Shown: in pieces, positions 1 through 9,467 of the stretch | How the letters are laid out: every line of letters begins with the position of its first letter | How positions within the stretch are numbered: the first letter of the stretch is position 1 | NCBI GenBank assembly: GCA_038153405.1 | Contig: JAYOYH010000003.1 | Coordinates: forward strand, 107,258-171,257 | Length of the DNA stretch: 64,000 bases | Direction of reading: 5' to 3' | Source: Gemmatimonadota bacterium | GTDB taxonomy: Bacteria; Latescibacterota; UBA2968; UBA8231 | Position numbers and translations under genes: made by a program | Notes under the pieces: generated by a model | Told to the model about the DNA's origin: nothing | What the model saw: the letters and a program-made list of their open reading frames with translations, nothing else | The model's database searches: none

Positions 1-1402
1 AACCAGGTTCGGCGCTGCCGAACTGCGCCTTAATTTCGTATACGAAGTCGGTCATCTCGCCCAAATTGACCTCGGCTACGCCGCGGACCGGACTGGGTTC
101 ATCAAGGCGAGCCACCTCACCGACCACGCGGGTGGCCAGGATGGGCGACGTCTCAATCCACAGCGAGTCTAGCCGGGCAAACTCGTCAAAGCGCTCGCTG
201 TGCAAGACGACTTTTAGCTGTAGGTGGGAGCCTCGGTTGAGGCTGAGTAAATTGCCCGACTCGGTCGTCGGAAAGGACCAGAACGTCCAGTTTTCCGTGT
301 CGGACTCTACGCCGGCGCGAATACCGGGCTTGGGACGCACGGACAGCGTCACCGATCCGCCGAGGCCATCCGAGTTCGTAATATTGTTCGTCTGGTTTTT
401 CAAAACGTTCTGATAGCGTTCCTGCGTAACGACGACGCGGGTCCCCATATCGGTATATTCGTAATAAATATCGGGCACCGGATCGACCCCCGTGCGCGCC
501 TCGACTTCGGCCCACACGTTGGCTGTAGGGGCCTCGACCGCGACCCCATCAACCATGCGCATCGGCGTGATATGCCAATACAGGCGCCCAAAGTTGACGA
601 CGTCGTCCAACTCTAAAATCGTCGTCTTATAGTTGGCGCGCTTGGGCATGCCCTCACCGTACAGTGAAAATTCGCCCACCGTGCCTTTTCGCGCCGTGCC
701 CCCCGTATTATCTGAAATGGCGTTGATATCGAGGATGGAATCTAGCCGCTTGTAGCGCACGTAGCGCACATACTGCTTGGGAAAGTTGGCAAAGATAATG
801 GGGCGCGTATTTTCACGAGCTTCGGTTATAATTTCCCCAATGGGGCTCGAAGTATTCAGCACATCGTTGTTGGTATCGGGTGCAATAGATACTTCGAAAG
901 CGGGTATGGCGTCCTGATCCAACGGCGTGCCGTCCGAGCGAAAAAAACCGGCATCTGGCGTGCGCAATGCAAAGCGGAACAGTGGAATGGGGACGCCCAA
1001 GTCGATGGTGTAATACTCGCTGGCAATGCTGTTACTCGTAGTGGGGTTATAGGTCAGGCCCGTTCCGTCGATTAGATTCAAAGCGTTATCTACCGTCGAA
1101 CTGGTCCCACAGCACCCCTTCCACGCGCGCGGTCGCTCGCCGTCGACAAAGCCCAATTCATCCGGATTTTTCTTTGGCGACCAATCCTCGAGAAATATAA
1201 AAACAGTCGAGTCGGACGTTACGAGTTTGGGCTGTATGGACGTGCGCGCCGCTTCGAAGTCAATCATAACCTGCGCTGAATCATTGCCAGCCCAGGGCAA
1301 ACCGCTGCCACCCATCTTCCACAAAGTAACTTCGGCATTACCCATCGAAGCACCCGCGACAAGCGTTATAAGCGCCAACCAACGCTTTGCAATTGACCTC
1401 AT
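1..1402 (-). CDS. secreted discoidin-like surface protein, C-terminus cut by window edge; paralog of 12151..14121
   Basis: Minus-strand frame is open from ATG 1402 (AGGAG 8 nt upstream) to position 1. It is absent from the ORF track because there is no stop in the window. Signal peptide MRSIAKRWLALITLVAGASMG. Segments GEFSLYGEG, TENWTFWSFP and DSLWIETSPILATRVVGE align with AEFELYGNG, TENWSAWSLP and DSLVIEHSIPPAAAVVGE of ORF 12151..14121. Confidence 0.6.
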   Translation of the reverse strand, partial: MRSIAKRWLALITLVAGASMGNAEVTLWKMGGSGLPWAGNDSAQVMIDFEAARTSIQPKLVTSDSTVFIFLEDWSPKKNPDELGFVDGERPRAWKGCCGTSSTVDNALNLIDGTGLTYNPTTSNSIASEYYTIDLGVPIPLFRFALRTPDAGFFRSDGTPLDQDAIPAFEVSIAPDTNNDVLNTSSPIGEIITEARENTRPIIFANFPKQYVRYVRYKRLDSILDINAISDNTGGTARKGTVGEFSLYGEGMPKRANYKTTILELDDVVNFGRLYWHITPMRMVDGVAVEAPTANVWAEVEARTGVDPVPDIYYEYTDMGTRVVVTQERYQNVLKNQTNNITNSDGLGGSVTLSVRPKPGIRAGVESDTENWTFWSFPTTESGNLLSLNRGSHLQLKVVLHSERFDEFARLDSLWIETSPILATRVVGEVARLDEPSPVRGVAEVNLGEMTDFVYEIKAQFGSAEPG

Positions 1403-1548
1403 GTTTCTACTCCTCTTATTGGGATCCTGCCACAACTGTGACAACAAGCCAAAGAGATCGCCACCGATTGCCGTTTTCCTAGTTGGAAAAGTCAAACTTT
1501 TCCTTTAAAAGTAAGGCTATGAACGCCCCTAAGCAATATATTGCCCCC

Positions 1549-3327
1549 TTACGGGGAAGACGCGGATTGGGCGTAACTGGCCAATTTCTCCGCGTTAATG
1601 CCCCAGTCACCTGCATACTGGCTGCGCAACTGGGATGTCAGCGATTCGACGCGCTGCTGCTGTTTGGCCTGACGGGCATAAAAGTCTGCCTTTTCTCTGC
1701 TCGCCTCAAAGGTCTGCACTCTCTCCGGCAAGCGCTCTAACACCATAAAAATGGAGTAGGCCGTTTTCAACGTGCGCGGCTCCCGCAGCGACGAGGGAAT
1801 GGGCTCTTTTAACTCAATGGGCCCCAATAGCTCGTTTAGCGGGGCATTTACAGCCGCATCCATCAGCTCTTTGTAGACTATCCGCTCAAATGCGCGCATG
1901 GCAAAGAGCCCGCCATTCTCATCGGCGTAGCGGCGGATGCTATGGCGGGTGGCCAAATCGGCCATATCCGCTCCCTGGCGAATTTGCTGCAACAGCTCTT
2001 CGGCCTGCGCCCGTTGGGCAACCATGATTTCTTGGAAGACGATTTCCTCGGGAATTTTATAGCGTTCGGGGTGGGCATCGTAGTGGGCACGGGCATCCGC
2101 TTCGTCAACTTCAATGGCCCTTTCCATTTCTTCTTTCCACCACTTCTCCAGTAGTTTTCGCTCGCGCTGGCTCTGGACGGTGCTCCGCACGGCGGGATGT
2201 TCGGCAAAGCCTTCCCGGCGTGCGATCTCGACCAGCATCAGGTCGGGGGCCGCCTTCGTGCGCATGCGCTCATCGACCTGCGCGCTGTCTACAGTGGCGG
2301 AACCCAAGCGCGTATTGATCAGCACGTACATGGCCTGCTCTAAGGTTATTTGGCCACCGTCGAATACATACAGCGGTGCGGCAAAGAGCTCTGGCGTCAA
2401 ATCGGGACTGCCCGGCGATGCGTTCCACGCGTTCAGGAAGCGATGCAAATTCTCTGTATTGACGCGCAGGTGTAAGCGATGCTGCAGGCTGTCGATATGC
2501 GCCCGTTTGAGCCGGTTGAACTTGTCCATCATTGTAGAGCGCTGGATCACGGTTCGGTACTTCTCGTAGGGCAACAGCTTCTTGTCTACGACTTTGGCCA
2601 ACTCCCAACCCTGCGCCGTGCGGAAGGGTTCGCTGACGTGCCCAATGTCCATCGAAAACACTTGTCGATAGACTTGGTCGGAAACGCGATCGAAAGCGTA
2701 GTACGTATCAAAAGCACCGCCATTATCCGCCGTGCTGTCATCGAGCGAATAGGCCTGCGCCAATTCCTCAAACGAGCGCTGTCCCGAAGTAATCAGGGCG
2801 TACAGCGAATCCGCTAGGGTTCGCGAGGCCACTAGGATGTGCGCACCGCGCACGGCAAAGCGCGCGGGATGAGAGGCAAAGCTCGCGCGCAGTTCGTCTT
2901 CGGTTATCAGGATATTCTGCCCTACCGTCTGATGCAGGTAGGTTTCGACCATCGTCTTTTGCTCGATCAAGCGCAGCGATTCCTTTAAAGCAGGATCGTC
3001 ACCCAGACCGCTGCGCTCCGCTTCGCGTATGATTAGCTTTTCGTCAATAAGGCTCAGCAGATGGTCTCGGTGGCGCTGGACGCCTTCAGCCGCCGACTTG
3101 TGCACGGGCTGAATTTGCGCCTCGTACTCGCGCAGCTGGTGCGCTTCAATGGGCCCGTCGCCAACGACGGCCAGCGCATCATCCGGCACAATTTTACGGC
3201 CTGCAACCGGTGCTGCCTGCTGCGCCGATTCCCGCCCTTGCTCTGCGCAGCCGGCATACAGCAGGCCGACCAGCACAAACCCCGCCGCAAGCACCGCTCG
3301 GTGTACTTTACCCACTCTGAACATCAT
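1549..3327 (-). CDS. PpiC/parvulin-type peptidyl-prolyl isomerase lipoprotein (SurA/PrsA-like periplasmic chaperone)
   Basis: 592 aa. Lipobox LLYAGC after an N-terminal hydrophobic segment. Parvulin-like block VRGAHILVAS. ATGA overlap with the upstream TPR gene. Confidence 0.55.
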   Translation of the reverse strand: MMFRVGKVHRAVLAAGFVLVGLLYAGCAEQGRESAQQAAPVAGRKIVPDDALAVVGDGPIEAHQLREYEAQIQPVHKSAAEGVQRHRDHLLSLIDEKLIIREAERSGLGDDPALKESLRLIEQKTMVETYLHQTVGQNILITEDELRASFASHPARFAVRGAHILVASRTLADSLYALITSGQRSFEELAQAYSLDDSTADNGGAFDTYYAFDRVSDQVYRQVFSMDIGHVSEPFRTAQGWELAKVVDKKLLPYEKYRTVIQRSTMMDKFNRLKRAHIDSLQHRLHLRVNTENLHRFLNAWNASPGSPDLTPELFAAPLYVFDGGQITLEQAMYVLINTRLGSATVDSAQVDERMRTKAAPDLMLVEIARREGFAEHPAVRSTVQSQRERKLLEKWWKEEMERAIEVDEADARAHYDAHPERYKIPEEIVFQEIMVAQRAQAEELLQQIRQGADMADLATRHSIRRYADENGGLFAMRAFERIVYKELMDAAVNAPLNELLGPIELKEPIPSSLREPRTLKTAYSIFMVLERLPERVQTFEASREKADFYARQAKQQQRVESLTSQLRSQYAGDWGINAEKLASYAQSASSP

Positions 3328-4742
3328 TGATTTTCCCCTTTCAACTGGCGCGCTTTATTTCTGTGCTGCTCGCTGAGCGCGACTTCTCCTATCTGTTTGT
3401 ACGCTTCGGCCAATCCGAGGTGGGCCGGTGCCCAGGTTTGATCGAGAGAGATCGCCCTTTGGAGCGCGGCAACGGCCTCATCGGTGCGCTGCTGACTGAG
3501 ATAGACCTGGGCCAGCAGCGTCATGGCCGGCACGTGTTGGGCATCGGTCTTCAGTATTTGCTCATAGGCGGCAGCGGCCTGGTCCAAATGGCCGGTGCGG
3601 AAATAGATATTGCCCATGTTGTTGAGCGCCTGCAGGTTGTCTGGGTTCACCGTTACGGCGCGCACGTAGTGGGGCAGCGCCACGCCGGTAAAACCTAGAC
3701 GTCCGTAAATATAACCCAGATTGTAATGCGCTTCGCCGTCGTCTGGGTCGCTGCGCACGCGTTCCTGAAAGTATTCGATCTCCTTTTCAAAGCTCTTTAT
3801 TTTTTCGTACGCCTCCAGCGACTTTTGCCCGGCACTTTCGCGGCCTTGCCGCAGGTAAATCTGCCCCAGCATGCGAAAGGATTCTGCGATGCCGGGTTCG
3901 ATAAGTATGGTTCTCCGCAGGCGTTCGGCAGCAGCGGCCAGGTCGTTATGACGCATATCGAGCCGAGCGATTTGCACGTGGGCCTGCGCATAGGTGGTGT
4001 CGATGGCCAGCGTCTTTTCGAATTGGGCGCGCGCCGCCGCATCGTCACCACTATTTAGCAGCGCTTCACCCAGCGCATAGAGGGCGCGAGCGTGCTGTGG
4101 ATTGCCTGCGATAACTTGTTGCAAGTGCGACTTAGCTTGGTCATACTGACCTAGGTGTACGTTTACTAACCCAAGATTAAAGCGCGTATTTTCGTCGTCC
4201 GGTGCCAGTTCCAGCGCACGTCCATATTCGCGCGCCGAATCGGCCAAGCGGCCCTGCTTACTGTATACGGCAGCCAAATTGCGACGGGCGGCGACGTAGG
4301 TCGAGTCGAGGTTTAAGGCAGCGCGAAAAGCGGATTCGGCTTCGTCAAAGCGGTTGAACTTCAGATGAAAAATACCCAGCCCAACCTGCAGAGATGGGTT
4401 GTGCGGTTCGAGCGCAACGGCCATGGCATAGAGTTCACCCGCTTTGTCAACATCGCCCAGCGCCAAATGAGTGCGCCCCAAACCAATCAACACCTCGCCC
4501 GACTGTGGGTTTTGCCGGCGCGCTTCTTCAAACGCGGCAAGCGCATCGCGGTACTTACTCTGAGCAAGCAGGGCACGCGCGCGCAGGCGCGGATCGCGCA
4601 TGGCCGTCTCGACATCGGCCTGCGGCCGTTTTAGCTGCTGAATATCGCGCTCTTCCAGTGCAACAGTCGGCTCTCGCTGCTCGACATCGCTCTGGCCGCA
4701 CGCCATGAACAATGCGGCACTACACAGTATCCAATGCTTCAC
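3324..4742 (-). CDS. TPR-repeat lipoprotein
   Basis: 472 aa. Lipobox LFMACGQ. Repeated 34-residue A/L/Y/G-rich TPR units throughout. ATGA overlaps at both ends. Confidence 0.7.
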   Translation of the reverse strand: MKHWILCSAALFMACGQSDVEQREPTVALEERDIQQLKRPQADVETAMRDPRLRARALLAQSKYRDALAAFEEARRQNPQSGEVLIGLGRTHLALGDVDKAGELYAMAVALEPHNPSLQVGLGIFHLKFNRFDEAESAFRAALNLDSTYVAARRNLAAVYSKQGRLADSAREYGRALELAPDDENTRFNLGLVNVHLGQYDQAKSHLQQVIAGNPQHARALYALGEALLNSGDDAAARAQFEKTLAIDTTYAQAHVQIARLDMRHNDLAAAAERLRRTILIEPGIAESFRMLGQIYLRQGRESAGQKSLEAYEKIKSFEKEIEYFQERVRSDPDDGEAHYNLGYIYGRLGFTGVALPHYVRAVTVNPDNLQALNNMGNIYFRTGHLDQAAAAYEQILKTDAQHVPAMTLLAQVYLSQQRTDEAVAALQRAISLDQTWAPAHLGLAEAYKQIGEVALSEQHRNKARQLKGENQ

Positions 4743-6379
4743 GGGACGTCACTCTCCTCGATTGTCACGTACTGATTTGCCGTTATATCGTCGAGCGATT
4801 GCCGCTGTCCCGAAGGCCAGCGTACCTCAACGCGCTCTGCGCCAATCGCATCGCCCAATCCAAAGAGCAGGCGAGCATCGTGAGACGATAGATAGCTTCC
4901 ACCCGCTCGCCGCTCGCGCAGCTGTCTCTTGCCCCCGACCCAGACCTCCACAACGGCGCCAACGGCATCGCGATTGCTTCCTCGCCCTACCAGTTGAATG
5001 CCCAGCCAGCCCTGCGCATGGCCCCCGTCGTTGCGCAGCAGCGCAGCCGGACCAGCCGAGTTATTGATGGCAATATCGGCATCGCCGTCGTTGTCTATAT
5101 CGCCAAACGCCGCTCCGCGACTCACCTGTAGCAGCTCAAAGCCGGGACCGGCTGCCGCATTCTCCACAAAGCGTCCCTGCCCGTCGTTGTCCAACAATTG
5201 GTTGCGCTGAGGGTAGGTGCTGGCGTGATCGATTTTTTCGACGTTGTCGTAGACGTGCCCATTGGCCACGAATATATCCAGATCGCCGTCGCCATCGTAG
5301 TCGAGAAAACCAGTGCCAAAGCCCAAATACGCCATGCTCGCCTTCTGCACGCCGCTGGCTACGGTAGCATCAATAAAAAAGCCGCTGCCGGCGTTGCGGT
5401 AGAGCGTATTGCTCTCCCACTGAAAATTCGTTACAAAAAAATCCTGCAAGCCATCGCCGTCTACATCGCCCAAGTCGACGCCCATGCCCGCTTCGACGCC
5501 GCCCTCGTCGTTGAGACTAGTGCCGCTGGCAAGGCCGCGTTCGACAAAGTGTGAACCGTCGTTGCGATAGAGCATATTGGGCGTCATATCGTTGGCTAAG
5601 TAGAGGTCGACATCGCCGTCGCCATCGGAGTCGCCCAGGATAACGCCGAGCTCTTTGCCGTCCGTGCTGTGCAAGCCCCACTCGCGCGTGCCATCGCGCC
5701 AGGTCCAATTCGCTTCGGCTCCGCCGTTGATGTAGAGGCGATCGACCTGACCGAAGAACTTGCGCGGGTCGCAGTAGAGTCGCTCATCGCTGTTGCCCAC
5801 CCAGCAGTTGACCAGATCGGCTCCGAGTGGGTACTCGACGTAGTTGCCCACAAAAAGGTCCAAGTCCCCGTCCGAGTCGACGTCGGCAAAAGCCGCGCTA
5901 GTGCCCCAACCGGCATCGTCGACGCCCTGTGATGCATCGACAAACGAACCATTGGCGCCATTTCTATAGAGGACATTGGCGCCAAAATTAGAAACGTAGA
6001 GGTCGGGATACCCATCGGCGTCGTAGTCCCCCACTACGGCTCCCATGCCGTAGCCGACGTCGTCAACCCCCGCCCGACTGGCAATCTCTACAAAGCGATT
6101 GGCGCCCTCGTTGCGGTAGAGCGCATTAGGTGCCAAGGGGGCCTGCGTCAATCCGGGGATGCGGCCGCCGTTGACCCAGTACAAGTCGAGCATGCCATCG
6201 ACATCGAAATCGATACAGGCCACACCCGAACCATAGGTTTCGGGCAGGTAGCGCATGCCTTCGGCGCCGTTCTGGTGTAGAAAAGAGACGCCGGCCTCTG
6301 CGGCTATATCGACGAATTGCACCTGTCCAAATGCACTGCCAACAAACAGGCAAAGCCACGCTAAAGAGCGCGCCATCAT
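4739..6379 (-). CDS. FG-GAP/VCBS-repeat protein with C-terminal ASPIC/UnbV domain (CRTAC1 family), secreted
   Basis: 546 aa. Signal peptide MMARSLAWLCLFVGSAFGQ. Many DxDGDGxxD Ca-binding beta-propeller repeats. C-terminal GSNRDAVGAVVEVWVGGKRQ...VRWPSGQRQ matches the ASPIC/UnbV signature. Confidence 0.75.
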   Translation of the reverse strand: MMARSLAWLCLFVGSAFGQVQFVDIAAEAGVSFLHQNGAEGMRYLPETYGSGVACIDFDVDGMLDLYWVNGGRIPGLTQAPLAPNALYRNEGANRFVEIASRAGVDDVGYGMGAVVGDYDADGYPDLYVSNFGANVLYRNGANGSFVDASQGVDDAGWGTSAAFADVDSDGDLDLFVGNYVEYPLGADLVNCWVGNSDERLYCDPRKFFGQVDRLYINGGAEANWTWRDGTREWGLHSTDGKELGVILGDSDGDGDVDLYLANDMTPNMLYRNDGSHFVERGLASGTSLNDEGGVEAGMGVDLGDVDGDGLQDFFVTNFQWESNTLYRNAGSGFFIDATVASGVQKASMAYLGFGTGFLDYDGDGDLDIFVANGHVYDNVEKIDHASTYPQRNQLLDNDGQGRFVENAAAGPGFELLQVSRGAAFGDIDNDGDADIAINNSAGPAALLRNDGGHAQGWLGIQLVGRGSNRDAVGAVVEVWVGGKRQLRERRAGGSYLSSHDARLLFGLGDAIGAERVEVRWPSGQRQSLDDITANQYVTIEESDVP

Positions 6380-8097
6380 GGCCCATCACCGGCGGCTGGT
6401 TCGACGCCGCCGCGGCCGGGCTCAATAGAGAGGATCTGGTTGGCCTGCACGTCGCGCAATACCTCGCGCCGACCGTCGGGCCAGCGCACCGTCAGTCGAT
6501 CGACGCGCTCGGCCTTGCCCAAGCCAAAGTGCAGCCGCATATCGTCCTGCGATATATAGCCCGTTCCCGAACGCACCTCGCGCAGTTGCGTGCGCCCCCC
6601 CACTTCAGCCACGACGCGCGCTCCCACCGCCTGCCTATTGTCGCCGTCGCCAAGCAAGCGCACCATGAGCCAATTGTTGTCGTTGCCGCCGTCGTTGCGC
6701 AGGACGGTAGGCTCATCGTCGATATTGACGACGACGATGTCGAGATCGCCGTCGTTGTCCAAATCGCCAACGGCGTGACCCCGGCTCGATTTTTCCACGG
6801 CAAACCCCGGTCCCCGTCCCTTCCCGACCTCAGTAAAGGCCCCCGCCCGGTTTTCAAAGAGCTGGTTGCGCTGGGCGTAGGCCGTGCCGATATCGTGGCG
6901 ATCGACGGCCGGATAGACGTGGCCGTTTGCTACGAATAAATCGTCGTCGCCGTCGTTATCGTAATCGAAAAAACCGGTCCCCCAGCCCAGATAGGTAATG
7001 CTTTCTTTGCCCAGAGACGTCGTAAAGCTGGCATCGGTAAAAAAACCGCGGCCGTTGTTTTGATAGAGCGTATTGTTATCGTGGGAAAAGTTGGTAACAA
7101 AGAGATCGAGATCGCCGTCGCCGTCGTAGTCGCCGCTGGCCAACCCCATGCCCCCCTGCTCTCTGCCGTCCTCGCTGTAAGCGGACGCCGTTATCAGCGC
7201 GACATCGCTAAAGCGACCGCCGTCGTTGCGATAGAGCGAATTGGGCGTCGAATCGTTGGCGATGTATATATCCAGATCGCCGTCGTTGTCGTAATCGCCG
7301 GCCAGCGCGGCAAAGCCGTAGTAGTCGTGCGGCTCTAACCCAAATTCTTCACTGGCATCGACAAAGTGCCAACCGCTTTCCCGCCCGTCGTTGCGATAGA
7401 GTCGATCGGGCTCGCCCGGCATACCGCGCGGACCGTAAAAGACATTTATCCCGCGCCAATTGCAGAAGCTCATGTCGGCAGGCACGTACTCTGGATCGAA
7501 ATCTATGTAGTTGGTCAGATAGAAATCGAGGTCGCCATCGCCGTCGTAATCGCCAAAGGTCGCCGCTGAACTCCAGCCGGGAAAGTCTACTCCCACTTGG
7601 GCGGCGACGTCGCGAAACGTGCCGTCGCCCATATTTTGGTAGAGCGCGTTGGGGCCGTAATTAGACAGATACACATCGCTGTGGCCATCGGCGTTAAAGT
7701 CGACGACGGTGACGCCCATGCCCCAACCGATATGGGCAATGCCCGCCTTTTCTGCAACGTCGACAAAGCGCCAGTCTCCCTCGTTGCGAAACAGCGCCGC
7801 GCGCGGTTCCCGGCCAGCGGGATAGCCCTGCAAGCGCGAACCATTGACCATAAAAAGGTCCAGATCGCCGTCGCCGTCGTAATCAAAAAGGGCGGTGCCA
7901 CCCGTATTGCACTCGACGATATGTTCTTTTTCCGGCGTGCCAGAAACCATTCTGTGAACGATGCCCACTTCGACTGCCACGTCGTAAAACTGCGGACCGG
8001 TTCCTATTTCCGTTCCCGAATCGGTCTTCTCTTCAGCACATCCGATTGCCAACAACAATAGCGCCACACCGCCAATCCGCGCATTCCATCGCATCAC
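6376..8097 (-). CDS. FG-GAP/VCBS-repeat lipoprotein with ASPIC/UnbV domain (CRTAC1 family), paralog of 4739..6379
   Basis: 573 aa. Lipobox LLLAIGCAEE. Same DGDGDLD repeat pattern as its neighbour. C-terminal DNRQAVGARVVAEVGGRTQ...VRWPDGRRE. Confidence 0.75.
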   Translation of the reverse strand: MMRWNARIGGVALLLLAIGCAEEKTDSGTEIGTGPQFYDVAVEVGIVHRMVSGTPEKEHIVECNTGGTALFDYDGDGDLDLFMVNGSRLQGYPAGREPRAALFRNEGDWRFVDVAEKAGIAHIGWGMGVTVVDFNADGHSDVYLSNYGPNALYQNMGDGTFRDVAAQVGVDFPGWSSAATFGDYDGDGDLDFYLTNYIDFDPEYVPADMSFCNWRGINVFYGPRGMPGEPDRLYRNDGRESGWHFVDASEEFGLEPHDYYGFAALAGDYDNDGDLDIYIANDSTPNSLYRNDGGRFSDVALITASAYSEDGREQGGMGLASGDYDGDGDLDLFVTNFSHDNNTLYQNNGRGFFTDASFTTSLGKESITYLGWGTGFFDYDNDGDDDLFVANGHVYPAVDRHDIGTAYAQRNQLFENRAGAFTEVGKGRGPGFAVEKSSRGHAVGDLDNDGDLDIVVVNIDDEPTVLRNDGGNDNNWLMVRLLGDGDNRQAVGARVVAEVGGRTQLREVRSGTGYISQDDMRLHFGLGKAERVDRLTVRWPDGRREVLRDVQANQILSIEPGRGGVEPAAGDGP

Positions 8098-9353
8098 TGA
8101 ATTCCCTTCCCTGCAATCTCCACTGCGCGCTGACGCGCCGACCTACCCGCTTCAATTTGTCCCTGCTGTATGAGTGCCGTGCCCAACCCGTGCAGCGCTT
8201 CGGCCAGAGTATCATCCGTGACCAATGCACTTCGAAATGCGGCTTCGGCCAGAGCGTATTCTCCCCGCACCAGATAGCTATTTCCCCTGTTTTTATGCGC
8301 AAGGCCGTAGTCGGGTTTGAGGGCAACCGCTTTGTTAAAATGGTTTAGGGCTTCTTCGTGCTGACCCTTTAGCGAAAAGACAACGCCGAGATTGTGCTGG
8401 GCTTCTGCATACGTCGAATCGGCCGTTACTGCCGCACCAAACTGCGCCAGTGCCCCATCCCACTGTTCTCGCCTTAGGTAGACCAACCCCAGATTGAAGT
8501 GGCCCGCCGCTCGCTCCGCTTCCGCTAGCGGTCGACTTCCGCGATAGAGCAGTCGCCGATAGTGATCCTCGTCCATATCAGAGCTGCTCAACCGCTGGAA
8601 TAGTTCGATCATCTGCTGCCCCTCGTCAACGCGACCGGTGCGCGCATAGAGCGTCCCCAGACTATAATAGGCTTCGGTGTAGGATGGATCGGCCTCGATC
8701 GTTTGTTCCATAGCGGCAATCGCCTTGGTATCGTTCTGGCGCCGCAGATAGATCAGCGCCAAATAATAGTGGGCATGGGCGCTGCTCGGATCGAGATCAA
8801 TCGATTGTTTCAACGCCGTTTCTGCGCGATCGTTTTCCCCACGAGAACAGAGAATAAACCCCTCGACAAAATGTCCGTAGGCATTGCCTGGGGCTAACGC
8901 CAAACCGCGCTCGGCAGCCTGCAGCGCTTCGTCGAATCCGTCGCCGCGCTCGTTGTAGAGCAGAGCCAACGCCCAGTGGGCATCTGCCAAGCCGGGTGCC
9001 AGTTGGAGAGCTCGCTTAAAAGAGGCGATGGCCTCCGTCTTCAGGTGTTCCTTTGCCTGGGCCACTCCCAGGTAAAAATGGGCATCGGGATCTTCGGGCA
9101 ACCGTTCGACCAAACGCGCAAACACCTCGCGTGCCGCGCGGGTACGACCCTCTTGGAGATAGAGCCAACCCAATTCATACTGGGACGGCGACGGACCGGA
9201 CGAACGGCTTTTTTCGTACTCCTCCAGCGCCGCCGTTGGCCTGATCGGCCTCAGTTCATAAGGCGCTTCCGCCGAGCAGCCAATGATCCAACAGGTCGCT
9301 AATCCAACCAGCAGATAGGCATAGGTATAGAGCGATAAATTGCGTTTTCTCAT
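8094..9353 (-). CDS. TPR-repeat lipoprotein
   Basis: Internal ATG at 9353 gives MRKRNLSLYTYAYLLVGLATCWIIGCSAE, a lipoprotein signal. The longer track ORF reaches 9434. TPR units throughout. Confidence 0.65.
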   Translation of the reverse strand: MRKRNLSLYTYAYLLVGLATCWIIGCSAEAPYELRPIRPTAALEEYEKSRSSGPSPSQYELGWLYLQEGRTRAAREVFARLVERLPEDPDAHFYLGVAQAKEHLKTEAIASFKRALQLAPGLADAHWALALLYNERGDGFDEALQAAERGLALAPGNAYGHFVEGFILCSRGENDRAETALKQSIDLDPSSAHAHYYLALIYLRRQNDTKAIAAMEQTIEADPSYTEAYYSLGTLYARTGRVDEGQQMIELFQRLSSSDMDEDHYRRLLYRGSRPLAEAERAAGHFNLGLVYLRREQWDGALAQFGAAVTADSTYAEAQHNLGVVFSLKGQHEEALNHFNKAVALKPDYGLAHKNRGNSYLVRGEYALAEAAFRSALVTDDTLAEALHGLGTALIQQGQIEAGRSARQRAVEIAGKGIQ

Positions 9354-9391
9354 CAAGTAGAAAATACTCGCTATTGGCCGACAGACAACAA

Positions 9392-9429
9392 CAAGCGTCC
9401 GACCTCCCCGAGAGGAGGCCGGACGCTTG
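9392..9429 (-). other. strong stem-loop (10-bp arms CAAGCGTCCG / CGGACGCTTG, nested palindromic loop) between the outer-membrane-like gene and the TPR gene
   Basis: Read directly. Possible intra-operon attenuator or RNA processing site. Confidence 0.45.
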
Positions 9430-9467
9430 CGCAAGGTATGGCTAATGGGTGAAGATTAGCGGAAGGT

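Noticed and set aside
1483-1501. Inverted repeat GGAAAAG-N5-CTTTTCC between the PPIase gene and the partial secreted gene
   Set aside because: Short (7 bp) and AT-rich, with no flanking T-run. Too weak to call a terminator or operator without comparative support.
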